DNA of 63,449 nt, filler included, from Globobulimina sp. (GCA_003354225.1; 31 parts of 31 records of this genome joined end to end with filler, not necessarily neighbours in it); one strand, 5' to 3'. Counted from the whole stretch's first letter, positions 1 through 14,360 are shown. Notes: a model not told the origin generated them from the sequence alone. Numbers and translations: made by a program.

Positions 1-94
1 GATTTGGACTGCTCCAAGGCATTCTTTTTAATATCTGAAATGAAAATGTAGCAATACACCCCCTGGTCGCTACTCAAACAATCAAACTTCAACC

Positions 95-1802
95 ATGGCA
101 GCATTATTTCTTTCAGTTGCTATAATCGCCAGTGCAACGGCGCAATTTGCAACCACCGAAACAGACGATCCATTCGCAGCATTCTCGGGAGAACTTGAAC
201 CAATGGATTGGATCTGGATTGTTTACGCCGTGATTGCATTATCATTATCATTGTGTTGCATAGTGCCAAAGATTGGTTTGTGTAATGCATGGTGTCAAGA
301 AGAAAAATACGACGCATTAAGTAAACAATGCTATGATCAAATACTAATTGCACGCGGCTACAATGCCGAACAAACCGCAGTCGGTGATCGACGACCATTG
401 TCATTATTAGTTTTACGGCAAGATTTAAAAGAAAAACAAATATGGCATCATGACTGGAAAAGAGATTTTGTGGTCTTTTTACGCAACGAACACGCCCTAT
501 TTTCGACCTGTTACAGCCATCCGGACCATCCATTTTCGCGTAGGGACCGTCGATGCATTTTACTCTCTGTCATTTTGTTGGATTTTGGCGTGGCTATGGC
601 CATCACGTATGGCTTTACACAAATTAAATTGTCGGAGGGAGTGACGTTCACTGTCGATTTTTTAATCTCATATATTTTCGGCGCTATAATGAGTATTCTC
701 GAATCTATATTGGTTTCATTTGCTGTCTGTGCTGCTGTAGAAAGTTATAATTTCCATTGAACAATGTTTTACATTTAAAACAGTTTAAATATGCTCTAAG
801 ATTTTGTCGGTTGGATATAATTTGATACCATATTTAAACTGTTTTTAATCACATTTAACTGCACATTTTCTGTGCTAATACACCGCAGAATGTCCGAGTT
901 GTATCCGTGATCTGTGCAAATGTTGCGGTACAATGGTAATTACGTCAGTTTTATGCTGGGCAGTGGTCGGATTTACAGTGGCTATAATTATCATTATTTT
1001 GATCGCCAAAGAAGATAATTCCTCTGCGTTCTGGGAAGTGTTTGCTTTGAATTTCTTCGTCGGTCTGATCCAAGCGTGGTTTTTAATCGATTTAATTATA
1101 ATGATATTGCAATTCCGGAGCAGTTGGAAAGAAGCACATCCTCCGCCACCTGGAGCGGAGAGGGAGGAGCTTGAAAAGAAAAAGAAATCGACGGCTTATC
1201 GGTGCTTGAAATGTTCCTTTGTGGTTTGCTGTTGTCCGATATGGATGTTATGGCAATGCTGTTGTTCAAAAGGAAAGAAAAGTGATCCTTATGATGATGG
1301 GCAGGATGATTTTGGTGTGAATTATAAGGAATATTTAAAATGGAAGAATGGCGAAGAAATTGTGGATAGAGATTTGCCGCAGTCATATCATGCAATTTCT
1401 ACTGCTGGAATTGAGAGGAAATTACAGAAGGCTGTGGATCAGAGAGTAGATGCTGTAAATCAGAAGGTTGACACTGCAAAACAAGGAGTTGTTAAGGTAG
1501 TATACACCGTGAATTACATAATGGAATTTATTTAAATTGAGTTGTATATAGCTTGATATTATGATAAATGATATAAATTAAATTCCATTATTTATATTAT
1601 GGTGCTCTACTTTTAGACGTATGATGCAAATGTGGCGGGTTTGCAGAAGAGCCAGGATGACTTGAAAAAGAAAGGTAAAATGTTTGGTAATAAATGGAAA
1701 GCAAAAGCAATGGGAATGCAAATGAAATTGGGTAAAAAAACAGGTGATGATCAAAAAAACATTAATTCTGAGGATGTTGAACTTGTTGTTGGAGATAAAT
1801 AA
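95..1802 (+). CDS. Multi-pass membrane protein with signal peptide; exons about 95-743, 889-1496, 1617-1802
   Basis: GT-AG introns 744-888 and 1497-1616 join the ORFs in frame to TAA 1800-1802; motif EHALFS..HPFSRRDR resembles polycystin-type TM segments (weak). Confidence 0.65.
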
Positions 1803-1952
1803 GGCTTTCTTTTGTGTGTAAATAATATAAGCCAATGATTGATATTATCTGAGAATAAATATAAGTACTTAGCTAAGTTTTGTATATAATATTGAAAATT
1901 ATTGTTTGTGCTTAGAAATCATGACAACCTCAGTCGTGAGGATTAATAGACA

Positions 1953-2052
1953 NNNNNNNNNNNNNNNNNNNNNNNNNNNNNNNNNNNNNNNNNNNNTTAA
2001 TTAATTAANNNNNNNNNNNNNNNNNNNNNNNNNNNNNNNNNNNNNNNNNNNN
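1953..2052. other. Artificial contig spacer N44-TTAATTAATTAA-N44 (first of 30; recurs about every 2050 nt up to 61401-61500)
   Basis: Identical 100-nt block with six-frame stop linker; contig lengths decrease 1952 to 1949. Confidence 0.99.
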
Positions 2053-3432
2053 TAAAGATATATTCCATGATTGAGCATATCCATTAACAATATCACCATT
2101 TAAAAGATCAAAACTATTTTCCATCCATGAAATTAATAAACTACTTGAATTCTGCAATATATTCATACAAAATGAATACCAAAAATCTCTGCCATCATTG
2201 CTATTTACAAAATAAACATTATTCAATACCTCCACATTCCATACATCATTGCAATCATCGTATGCTAATTTATAGACAAACCCTGTAATACTTTTCATAT
2301 ACGACACGACCACCAATATATACCGAATAGCAGCACTTCCAATCGATTTAATCTCTGTTACTGCAGCATCATAAATAATGTCATAATCCATTGCAACATT
2401 CATAACAGTTACAAACGAATCCATTAAGTCCGTGTCAAATACATTTAATCCAAAGCCATCCACCATATTAAACATTAAATTCAATTTGTCATTCATGGGT
2501 GCTTTGAATAATGAAATGAAACAGCATTCGTTATACGATTCAGTATATATTCTTATCGTATCATAAACAGAAACATTGGAAAGGTTCACTGTTTCTGCTG
2601 TTTGTATATCAAACATAATCACAGTATCTTTAACCTCCAAACCAGAATCAATTCCATTATATTCTGCTAAAACATAACCAATGCTTTGATTTTTGGCATC
2701 CATATAACTCATTAAAAATAAGCTATCCTCGATATCAACAGACACAGAAAAGGTATTACTGCCCACATCCATCTCTGTATTGGTAAAGTTGAACAAATCT
2801 CGGTTTAATACGACAACAGTACCATTTAAGTCGAGTGTGGAATATTTGATGGCAAAGTTAGTCCAACCATTATCTAAACGGAGCGCATTGATCCAGCTTA
2901 CAACGTAGCCATCATTCATACATTGCACATTGCCACCTTCATCAAAATAACTATGAATATATAAATCAGTTACCATGGTTTCCTCGATTTGCCAATATGG
3001 CGCATTGGCTTCATCATCAAATAAATCGCAATCAATATAATTGCATCCACCGCAGCAGGATTGGTCAGAATAGCAAGTGAGAATATCGCCTGTTTTGGGG
3101 GATTGACAGGTTGTTAATGTATTTGCGCGCGTATCGAATGCGATGAGATGCGGTAATTGTTTGCTTAAATTGTTGGATGCCACATCAAATTGTTGGATTG
3201 ATTGATATCATTGATTATACACGTTCGAGTCTGTAAAATTTGTTATCATTTGACTGAACCAATGATAATAAGAAGCATCTGGAGCCAAATAATTTGTAAA
3301 TGTGCATTTATTATCAAAATAGCCAAGACTCGTAGTCGTAGATAATAAGTCGACAGGTGTTGTTGCCGTAAATTGGATGGTGTCTGAATTGCAACATAGT
3401 AATTGAAAGAGAAAAAACAATAACATTGCCAT
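2053..3432 (-). pseudogene. Secreted protein gene (3' truncated) with a single in-frame TGA at 3210-3208
   Basis: ORFs 3208-3432 and 2005-3183 share a frame: ..VYNQ*YQSIQQFDVASNN..; hydrophobic N-terminal signal. Confidence 0.55.
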
Positions 3433-3557
3433 TGGTAAATATTTTTCGAATTAAGAATTTTACTCAAGCTGAACTGCTGTGGCTTAATTAGAAAAATATT
3501 TTTAAAATATAGAAATGAATATGCGTGATACGTGTACACTTGTCATGATTCATTATA

Positions 3558-4004
3558 TTATAACCAGGTGTGCTCTGATGCCTGTTTTGCATTGAATCTC
3601 TCCTTTTTATCAATATTCAATAATTTTTGTACCAAATCTTTTGCTTCATTTGATACATTAATCCATAATGGACCTTGCATTTCATATTCACCATTAACTA
3701 TCATGTCACGCAATGCTTTCAACCAACTGCCAGTATCATTGTAATCTCTTCGCGCCGCATGAAAAGGCGGAGCGCCACACAACATAATATATAACACAAC
3801 ACCAAGTGACCACATATCAACTTGTGTGCCATACATTTGTTTTAAAATCATTTCCGGTGCAATATAATAATTATCACCAATTATCCCTTTCAAACCACGC
3901 TTCGGCACAATTTCCATAAATTCATTATTCATTACAACAAGACAGATAATAACTGTTTTAATATTATTTTCACTGAAAATTCATCCAAACCACCACCAAT
4001 TTCA
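3558..4004 (-). pseudogene. CAMK-type protein kinase C-lobe fragment lacking the HRD-DFG segment
   Basis: YIAPE, VDMWSLGV, GAPPF, VSNEAKDLV..ERF..HTWL; upstream out-of-frame LDEFSVKIILKQLLSVLL (subdomain VIa) abuts the activation-loop sequence at about 3933. Confidence 0.7.
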
Positions 4005-4184
4005 NNNNNNNNNNNNNNNNNNNNNNNNNNNNNNNNNNNNNNNNNNNNTTAATTAATTAANNNNNNNNNNNNNNNNNNNNNNNNNNNNNNNNNNNNNNNN
4101 NNNNACATAAATCTATCCGCCAGACCCATCAAAACCTTATCCAAAAACACACAAAAAGCGCAATCCAAACCCGCCCTAAATACA

Positions 4185-5907
4185 ATGGACATTTCCTACC
4201 ATGACAAGAGATATAAGCACCATCAACAACGACAATCTTATTCCAATACAAAGTCCAAATCACGCTCCAAATCCAAATCCAAATCAAAGCGTTCCAGATT
4301 TAAAAAACGAGTCTCTGCTCCCATCATTTTACCGACCTCCACCACGCCATCGCTGTCCATCACTGGTATAAAATCTCAATATATATTCTATATTATGTGA
4401 TTTGTATATTTTGTACACAGGCTCAGCAACAGCAAATTTAACAAATGTAACAACTCCATATTATAGCAATCTTAATCACAGCATCAATTCTGACTTATTT
4501 TTGGACGAAAAGGAGATCAACAAAATGATCCGTACAAGTCGTCGTATCTCGAAATCGCGACCCAGAGCGTACTCAAATATCCGTTTAAATTTCGAGAACA
4601 CGCACAGTCTCCGCACAGTGCACAAGGATAACGATAGCGATTCGAGCACCGACTCAGACGTAGAAGAGGAAGGCAAACACGATTATCACGATACTTTATG
4701 CAAGTATGGCTACGTTGAGATTTGTGTGATTGCTAAGTCATTGCAAGGCATCGTGATCAAAGCGCGACCAATCAATAAAAGCAATAATGTGGCGGTCATC
4801 ATTAAAATAACGGATCGCAGTCTCCACGCCAAGAAAATCAGCAATAAGCACGGCAAGTCCTTGTCTGTGGAGGAGGACATCATCAAAGAGAAGAAATTAT
4901 TGATGTACCTGACCGCTAACAATGGGCCTCGAGAATTGGTGAAGTTTTTGGGCTTTTTTAGTGACAAACACAACTATTACCTGGTGATGGAAAATGGTGG
5001 CTCAGATTTCTTTGATTGGATCGTAAAGTGCCACAAATGGATTCGTGACGGAAAGTTGTCGCTGAAACAATGGAATTTGTATATTCACGATCTGATGCTG
5101 CAAATCATTAAATTCATAAAATGGCTGCATTGTAAGATGAATGTGTGTCATTTGGACATCAGTTTGGAAAATATGCTGATCAAAAATAATAAGTATAAGT
5201 CTGATGGAAGCGGCGGGATTCGGCTATCGCGGAAGATGCAAATCAAAATCTGCGACTATGGCTTGGCGGAGTATTTCAATACGGAAACGAATGGCTTTTT
5301 GTGTCGGAAATATGTGGGGAAAACGCACTATAAAGCACCCAAAGTATATGGTAAGAAGCACGCGTTTGATGCGCGGAAAGCAGACATTTGGAGCCTGGGC
5401 GTCTCCTTTTTTATGATGTTGATCGGTGCGCCGCCGTATAAGTTGCCGACGGAGAACGACGACCACTTTCCGCTGATTCGCGAAAATAATGTGATGGGAA
5501 TATTGAAGCGTTGGGGGAGAGACCATTACATTAATAAGAATACAGAGGTTTTGTTGAATAATATGTTGAATATTAATGAAGCGGACCGGTTGAATATATA
5601 TGATATCGAACAATGTGTGTTTATGAGCATGAAATATAACGCTTGCGGTGGGCGCCAGGGACCATTTAATATTGCTAAGAGAGCGAAAAAAAGTAAACAG
5701 AAAAATAAACATAGACAAAATAGAAAACCATCGAATCCGATTCATTGTAATATTATGGCGACGTACCACGATAAAGGCGCGTTGATGGAGTATCCAACTG
5801 AACGTACGAAAGGAGGCAATAATCATAATATATTTCAGCATCTTGTGATGTCACAAGAGGATGGACAGCTATTTCGATACAGAAAACGTAAACTTACGTC
5901 TACGTGA
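4185..5907 (+). CDS. Ser/Thr protein kinase (HLDISLEN / YKAPKVY type); intron 4366-4420
   Basis: IIK, CHLDISLEN, ICDYG, DIWSLG motifs; 55-nt GT-AG intron joins the 4185 and 4402 ORFs. Confidence 0.9.
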
Positions 5908-6156
5908 AATATATTTATAATTTATTCTATATATTTATATTTATTATTTTGATTGTTTTTAGTTTTTGAATTATTCTTTAATTAACTTTTTTATTTTTTT
6001 ATGTTTTTCATAAACTTTTTTTTCCACATTTTTTTATTTTTAACTTTTGCCGTCTTNNNNNNNNNNNNNNNNNNNNNNNNNNNNNNNNNNNNNNNNNNNN
6101 TTAATTAATTAANNNNNNNNNNNNNNNNNNNNNNNNNNNNNNNNNNNNNNNNNNNN

Positions 6157-8107
6157 AAGGCTGTCCAAATACTACCTATAATTATTCCAGTACCAATCCA
6201 AATGATCCAAATAGTATTTATCACTGTCATAATGGCACATGGTATGATTTTATCTATATTCTCATCCTTGCACTCAAAAAATATACATTTTCATGTTGCG
6301 TTTTTGCGTATAACTGACATATATGACGTGTGATATATATTATATATAAACAGGATATTAAGGACCTCGGGTCGTTTAGCAGACTGGCAAGACACTTATG
6401 GCCGTATAGAAATATGGGAAGTGGATGACAATGATATTAAATGGTTGCAATTTAGTTTAGAGTTCAATTGGTGGAATAGAAGTTGTTTTATCATCGACGA
6501 TGACCCCGAGACACTCGAGGTAGAAACCATCGATTGCCCGGTCTTACCATTAACCGGTACACAAGAGCAAGCCGCTTATTTTGAGTTTACAATCCCTAAA
6601 AAATACGGCGATTCGCGTACGGCGCCATTAGTTGTGGTATGGTATGATATATTGTCCATACCTTATTCGTTAAAACCAGAATTGGACTATGAATATCTCA
6701 ATTTTACATTATACGTACCGACCCAAGGCGTCTCTTTTGGTTTAGACGACGCGATGCAAACCTTTCGCCCTGCACTCGTTGCTGCGGGTATATTATTTGC
6801 ATGTTTTTTAGCCGTAATGTTATTATCCTGCTTTGTGAGTGGTGACAAGAAGAGAAAGTCCGATTTTATGATCGATACTCGTAATTTAAAGACCACCTTC
6901 CGTCATACACCCGAAACTATCATTGTCCCGCCGTCAGAAATTGAAAATCGAGCGAGATTTAGCTGTGCCAGACATGGGCCGTGGTTATTAGTGGTGTTAG
7001 TGGCCAGATTAATTTATATGTTTATCTTTACCTTTACCTTTTTTGGGTTGGCTTTCACCGCCGTCAATCAGGAGCATTTTGACACGTTGAACCAATACGA
7101 TATATTTGCTGTGGGGAGAGATGCCCAATTAAAGGAGCAATCGCAATTTGTGGAGGTGCATTATGCGAATGAAACCGCTCGGATGGAGATGGAATTAGAA
7201 ACGCGACAGCTCCATTGTCAGGAGGCATATCTCAACCAAACCCTATTACGCTTTCTCACCGGTATGAAAAACCAAGTGGAATACCACAACGATCAGATGA
7301 ACAATCCCATGGGTAACTTATCGCTCAATTTTAGCGCTTTTAAGGAGATCTTTGTCCAAGGCGATGGCCTGACGGCCTGCAATTTAGTGGATGGTGCTAT
7401 CGTATGGGTCAATTCCAAGCAAACGCAAATTGTGTACACACCCGACATCACGCAAACCATAGTAAATTATAGTTCGCCGACCAACGCGACGTATACACAG
7501 ATTGTGCCGGGCAATTTAACTGCGTTGGTGGGAGATGGCTATGACACGTCCTTCAGCAATTTCAGTGAGGTTCAGAACGTGTTGGGCCCCGCCTGTGAGC
7601 TGGCCACTTGGTGCTATGGTTGGGGCTTTGTCAACCGCGATGGCAGTGACCCAGCATTTTATGTCATGTTGAACGAAATGGGCGACCCTGTGGTGGAGGA
7701 AGGCGTCTCCGGCATTTGTTTCGGTGCCGTCAACTTCGAGGCGGAGTTATCTTTTTTGGCCTTCAATTCCTCGTATTTTGAAGATTACGCCGATAAGTTG
7801 AATCAACAGTACTTGCAAGATTTCCAATCGTATGCCGATGATATGTACGACACCTTATCCGGGCTATGGAGCGCCATGAATGACTTCCCCACCAACTTTA
7901 ATTTCTCTGCAGATGGAAAGACGCAAATCTTTAACTATGACAAAAACATAAATAATGAAGCCGGTGCCGGTTACTCTTTCTCGCCGGCTTACAAAGACTT
8001 TCGACCGGGCGGCAGCGATGCCAATGGCACCCTGAAGGCGGATTGGTTCTGGGATTTGGACATCGCGTGCGAGGACTGCCCCAAAGGCAATTTCACGCAG
8101 GCGGCGT
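6157..8107 (+). CDS. Uncharacterised membrane glycoprotein fragment (at least 2 TM, many N-x-S/T sites)
   Basis: Long ORF open to the contig end; two hydrophobic helices; probable intron near 6243-6353. Confidence 0.6.
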
Positions 8108-8207
8108 NNNNNNNNNNNNNNNNNNNNNNNNNNNNNNNNNNNNNNNNNNNNTTAATTAATTAANNNNNNNNNNNNNNNNNNNNNNNNNNNNNNNNNNNNN
8201 NNNNNNN

Positions 8208-10158
8208 GTCAGATGCACAAAAATTGAAAGAGAGAAAAAATATAAACTGGATAAAGCAAAGAAAACAAGAACCAAAGAAGAAAAGAAATATCCAACAAGA
8301 CTTCAACCCAAGAGGAAAGCCAAATCGAAAACGATAGAGGAGAACCCAGAGGTATATAAAGAATCGAATTATAAATCAAAATATAACAAATCCAAAAGTA
8401 ACAGTCTTCTGACTTCGGTCTTAGAGACTGTACTAGAGGATGATATAAAACCTGTGATAAAACCTGTAATTACGGTTGGAGGAAACCAAGAAAGAATAGA
8501 AAATCTCAAATTAAAAGCAGAAAAATTAAATTGCCCCAAAAAAGTTAATGTAGAATATGTACCGCTGGGTCTCGATAAAATGTATGCATACCCAATAGAA
8601 GAAAAACTTGAAGAAAGTCCTCCCACTATGACGAATGTATGTACAATTGCTGTAGGTACAAATGCAATATGTTCAGACGTATTACATAGGGGTAGAAATC
8701 TGCTGGAAATAACTGAAAACCGTAGGGGCATATGGAATGAGTATAGAGAACATATACCAATTATTGATAGACCTGAATATATTAGAACACCTTATTATAA
8801 AAAATCTATATTAGATCAGAATAATGCGATAGAAAATTCTGATCATGAACATATACCAATTACTGATAGACCTGAATTTACTAGAACACCTTATTATAAA
8901 AAATCTATATTAGTGCATGCTTTCGACGAATGTGATAAAGATCTGAAAAATGCGATAGAAAAATCTGATCATGTATGTACTCAAAAGAGTAAAACACCGG
9001 AGGCAATATGTGACGGTATAATGAAGAGACGAGAAAATTATAAATCGATTCAAGTACAAATTGGCACGAGGCCAAATGTAGATAGACCAGAATTTATTAG
9101 AACTCCGGGTAAATATCTTGAACGTACACACGATCTAAAAGATGCATTAGAAAATCCCATAGCGGTGCAAAGTCTAAATGACAATATAACGAAGTCTAAA
9201 TCGATAACATGCCATGACAAAGAAATATCAAGCAGGCAAGAATATATTAGAACTCCTTATGCATGTAAATATGCTGATAAACAGAAACCGGTCAGACATA
9301 AAGGTCGGTCAGTTAAAATAAAAGAAAATATACGGTATGATGTAAAAACCCAAATTGAGGCAAAATTAGACTCCTCTGCGGGTTATTCACACTGCCAAGA
9401 CTATGTAGAAAACAGTCAATTAAACGAGAAATATTTATATAAAATAAATAAAATTGATAATGAACACGATTTAGAAATAGCAAAAGTCCATAGAGACAAA
9501 CTACAAATTAATTTAAATTATTTATCATTATTAATTAATAATTATAAAGATGGGCGCGGAATTGAATTGACGGAAATACCGGTCTCTGCGTCAACTAGTC
9601 ACGGTCCAAATTTTCACACAACAGGAATTGAAGAAATATACAGTAACCAAGACGGGATAAATTCGGTAGAACAACACGTACACGATGAAAATGTAATGTG
9701 CGCAGAAAAAGGAAAAATAGAAAATTCTGGAATCATTTTGGAAGCCGACGACGTACACAAACGGCAGCGATCAAGTAATTTGGAAGAAAGAATTAAATTG
9801 TTGGAAGAATTCATCGAAAAAGAGCCAAAATTGGACGAAAAAAGGGAAAGAAAGCCGGACACAAAAGAAGGCAAAGAAGATCGTCATCAAATAGTAAGTG
9901 AATTTAAATTAAAATTTGAGCGTCATAAATTAGAAAATTTAGTAGAAAATTCAGATTATTATAAATTAGAAAATTTAGTAGAAAATCTTGTAGAAAGTAA
10001 ATTTAATTTAATTAGAACTAGAATATATAAAAACGCTAAAATGCACTCTATTACTGGGAGAAAGGGATATTCCTCTACCCGTACTAAAAAGGGAAAACTT
10101 AAACCAAAATCTAAGTTAATTAAAAAATTCGAGAAAATTGCTCGAGATGAAGAAGAGA
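8208..10158 (+). CDS. Intronless K/E-rich ORF fragment with repeated DRPE(Y/F)IRTPY motif; function unknown
   Basis: One frame open across the whole contig; 99-nt internal duplication starting 8748 and 8847. Confidence 0.6.
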
Positions 10159-10258
10159 NNNNNNNNNNNNNNNNNNNNNNNNNNNNNNNNNNNNNNNNNN
10201 NNTTAATTAATTAANNNNNNNNNNNNNNNNNNNNNNNNNNNNNNNNNNNNNNNNNNNN

Positions 10259-10728
10259 ATATATATATATTACATACTGCGGATGGACAATATGAGCCTT
10301 TCTGTGTACATTGCATCATACAGTACATATCTGCTGGACAATAATAGCCAGGACAACAGGCTCTTGTGTATGGGTAATATCGTTGGTAACAAGTTCCATT
10401 TTTTGTCATATTCCATAGTTGATTGTTATTAAATGGATATGGCGGTTTTGCTGAGATATTGATTGGATTAACATACATAAAACCACTCAAACACGCTGAT
10501 ACTTGAAATGATGTGGAACAGATTGATCCAATGGCGATGTTGCTGAGGTGGTCATGTTCATTGCAAATTGGAATTTGAGAACATTCTGGGTACAAATTTT
10601 TATGTCATAGCAGATATTAATTAAGATGGTAATATTTAGACTTACCTTCATGTGATGGTGGCGGAATATTGCATGTTATATTGGATGCATTTGCAGGAAC
10701 TGTTTGACAGAAGGGGCTGATTGGCATC
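10259..10728 (-). CDS. Cys-rich extracellular region resembling the N-terminus of plant-type ABCG24/28 transporters (fragment)
   Basis: ACCPGYYCPADMYCMMQCTQKGSYCP resembles the CCxGFFCP..CMIPCPLGSYCP pattern; GTAAG donor at 10645. Confidence 0.5.
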
Positions 10729-10909
10729 TTCCCCTCAGTCTAAAATAAAGTTTTTTTGTTGGTAAAAACATTAATTAGCTAGCCAGAAATGACGGATTAT
10801 AGTTAAAACATTCAAACGCATACAGTATAATTTGTCAAAAAAAGAAGAAAAATTAATGTAAAATAACAATCAATGTGACAGAGAGGACAGTCATAAGTTT
10901 TACTAAGTA

Positions 10910-11847
10910 CTAACAAGTCGGTAAGTCGCCCCAACACGTCCCACTACTTTCAACTGCAAAAAATGTCGATGCTAATAAGGAAACAAAATAGCAAATCGAT
11001 AACACCGCAAAACTAATTTGTATCCATTTCACTCTATTCGCCATCCATGATATTGGCAACGTGGCCGTATTAAATGCAAATCCTAACATTATGCCAGAGA
11101 GCCAGCCACCTAAATGGGCGAAATTATCAATGCCGGACATTGAGATTCCAATCATAAATATGATAAATAGCCATGTTATCATAGTACACATTCTTGGACA
11201 TGGCTGCGGTAAAATGTCCCTATTATTCCAATTCAATAATATCCAGGCCATATAAGCGCCGATTATGCCCAACAATGCACCCGAGGCACCCACCGATATT
11301 GAGTCCGCTGAGCATACGGAGGATAATAATGTCGCACCAAATGCAGTCTATGATTATGTCAGTGATAAATTTTAGAGGTTACGGCAATTCGCAACAAAAA
11401 ATGCAAGTCACTTAACAGCAAAATAAAATGCTGCCATTCTCCACATTCCCCAATGTAACTCGCACGTATATCCAATCATAGTTTGCGAGACTAAATTGGT
11501 AAATATGTGCAATATGCCCGCGTGTAACAGTGCGGGCGTTAAAAATCTCCACACTTCGCCTGCTTGAATGCATGGTAAATATTTGGCGCCCATCCATTTT
11601 AAGCACGTGGCCGATGGGCCAGCCATATCATTCCCAGTTACAAAGGCACCACAAAACCACAACTGGCCCACTACTAATTCTGTGATGAACACAAGGATTT
11701 GGATCACCGATATTACAAAAATGAAGGATTTGGGCGTCCAATTGGGGGCTAACACTTTGTTTATTGGTGGATACATTGAACCGCCGGCACCGCCGCCACC
11801 TGCGCCCATCATAAAGGGACTCTGCCCTTGCGGTGGTCCTGTTCGTT

Positions 11848-11882
<35 letters not shown>

Positions 11883-11968
11883 TGTTGTTGTTGTCTCATT
11901 GCTTGTTGACGTTGTGCGTTGGGATTTGGCATTGGTTCCACATCTCCAAATCCACGAATGTTCGCCAT
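10910..11968 (-). CDS. Rhomboid intramembrane serine protease with N-terminal polyQ; intron 11416-11348
   Basis: WRFLTPALLHAGILH..N, catalytic VGASG, AHLGG; splice gives FYFA|TAFGATLLSS. Confidence 0.93.
11848..11895. repeat. (CAG/CAA)n polyglutamine tract in the rhomboid gene
   Basis: tgttgctgctgctg.. run on the + strand. Confidence 0.9.
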
Positions 11969-12309
11969 CACTCACTTCAATCTTTCAACTATTTGCTTTA
12001 AAAGTTTTGCTTTACTTAGAGTAAGTGGCACATATTTCAGAAACCAAAAACACACAAATGAGTGATTGTGCTCCGTCGAAGATCTTATCCACAAATGTCA
12101 CCATTATATATGGTGTGTTCTACGGATTATTATTATTAGTGATCAGTATTTATTCATTTAATTATTTGATGGAATTTGATGCCAAATTTCAGCGATCCGG
12201 ACGTTTCAANNNNNNNNNNNNNNNNNNNNNNNNNNNNNNNNNNNNNNNNNNNNTTAATTAATTAANNNNNNNNNNNNNNNNNNNNNNNNNNNNNNNNNNN
12301 NNNNNNNNN

Positions 12310-14260
12310 ATTGGGTAATCATGTTCTTATAAAACCATTGCAGGATTTGTAGCATTCAGAATTCACGTTTATTGTTGGTGCCGTTTCGTAAAGTGTTTCT
12401 CATGGATTGGAGTGCTTTTTAGCGCAAATTTGATGTACGAACGTATACAAAGCGTTAAATCAAAAAGTGAATGCTACAAAAGATGTAATTCGTATATATG
12501 ATGAGGATGACAGCTATCATTTTGGATTTAATAGCACCCATATTTTTCATTAGACAAATTCGTATGAGATGGAGATATAGATATGAATTATTCCATTTTA
12601 TTGCTCTTTATATCCATACCTAATCATATTTTAATTTTCATAGAATTCCACTCATACATTCCCTTTCAAATAACCCTTTTTCCATAACTTTATACAAATA
12701 TTGCTCCGTGATAACGTTTCCATAAGTTTCCGTATAATAATAAATAAAACGTCTAACTTTGACCATGAACTTTTTCATCCAAAAGCTTGGCCGCCAAATT
12801 TTTAATATCCATATTATTATTCTTTATCATCTAAACCTAATATGGAATGATTTATAGCTCAAAGCAATTTCTAAATAATTTGTTCTGTATCCATCGATAT
12901 AAATCACGTCCATATTATCCGCAGCAATGATTACAAGCCATTTCTACAGCTTTTAGGTGCTTTAGAAGCATTTCGATGGATCCATGCTCGATTGAGTAAC
13001 TTCTTCAGGTTTTTTTGTGATGTTTGTGTGAAAAGTTTAATCCAGCTCAAGCATGGCACGCATGGGCGTGATGAGAACTTGTGATTGGAAATGGATCATG
13101 GATGAATTTGAGGATGCTACATATAATTCTTTATTTGATTGGACATATTCATTGGATGTCGGATGAATGTATTTTGATTTAACGCGCTAATTCGCACATA
13201 TAAAAAATGTACGTAGCACCAGAAAAGTGTAACAATGGAACGTGGAGGATATGAGAGTGGAATCAGTGGATGATATGAAAGTGGAGGGTATGGAAGCAGT
13301 GCGCCAGTAAAGAGACAGAAATAATGCGTATGACAAAATAATGCGGATGCGAGAAATAATGCAAACTGGATATTATTGACGAAAAAGTAGAGATTTTTAT
13401 GGATATAACGTAGGGAAAATGGATACTTTTATGGTATAAAAAGATTGGTAAATGTATATATAAACGTATATTGGATGAGGACGATAGGAATTCTGGCAAC
13501 ACTTTGTAAATCAAACTTGTTTGCAAGGTTCTAATTTCAACTTTAATTATAAAATTCTAAGATTTGCGCATAAATGCTGCATATTTTCTAAAACAAATGA
13601 CGTTCTCATCGTCAAGATGTAAATGTCAGCAACTAAGACCACTTAAAAACTTGAACAATCGAGCATGGAACCATGGAATGCGTCTAAAGCGCTCAAAATC
13701 ATTACCAATCGCATCTAATGATACTGTGGATCTAATAATGGATTTTTATATTGATGGAACGATAACTATTTATTTTGAAATTGTATTATCATATAAATGG
13801 GACCACATTGGATTCAGATGATATTGAATAGGAATATCGATATTAAAAAAAAGCCCCCCAAGCTTTTAATCAAAAAATGCATTGGTTTCTGTTGGCCTTT
13901 TTATCGCAGATTCTATGGAAACGCAAGGAAAGTTCTTGAGAAACGGAATCTAAATAAGTCGACAGAAATCGATGCATATTATGGAGATGTATGAGTGGAA
14001 TTGATTGAAACTGAAAGAAATAGTTAGAGACACACATAAAGGTTGTGTCTAATCAAAAAAATGGCTGATTTGGCAAACAAAAATATCGTGGTATTTTTTT
14101 GGCGCATCACCGAAGGGGAAAAATATGGGTGTAGGTCGTGGCAGCTATCAACGCACACCAAACGGATAAGAAACACACTTTACGGTTTGTATATTGCTTT
14201 TGCAAAAAGACATATATAGAAATTGAATACCCAAATAAATCACATCAATGCCATGGTATA
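12310..14260 (+). pseudogene. Probable heavily decayed coding sequence
   Basis: No long ORF; purine-rich + strand reads as protein-like in stretches interrupted by scattered TAA/TAG/TGA. Confidence 0.3.
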
Positions 14261-14360
14261 NNNNNNNNNNNNNNNNNNNNNNNNNNNNNNNNNNNNNNNN
14301 NNNNTTAATTAATTAANNNNNNNNNNNNNNNNNNNNNNNNNNNNNNNNNNNNNNNNNNNN

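Noticed and set aside
1997-2008. Regularly spaced TTAATTAATTAA palindrome and ORFs ending in X..LIN
   Set aside because: Synthetic six-frame stop linker
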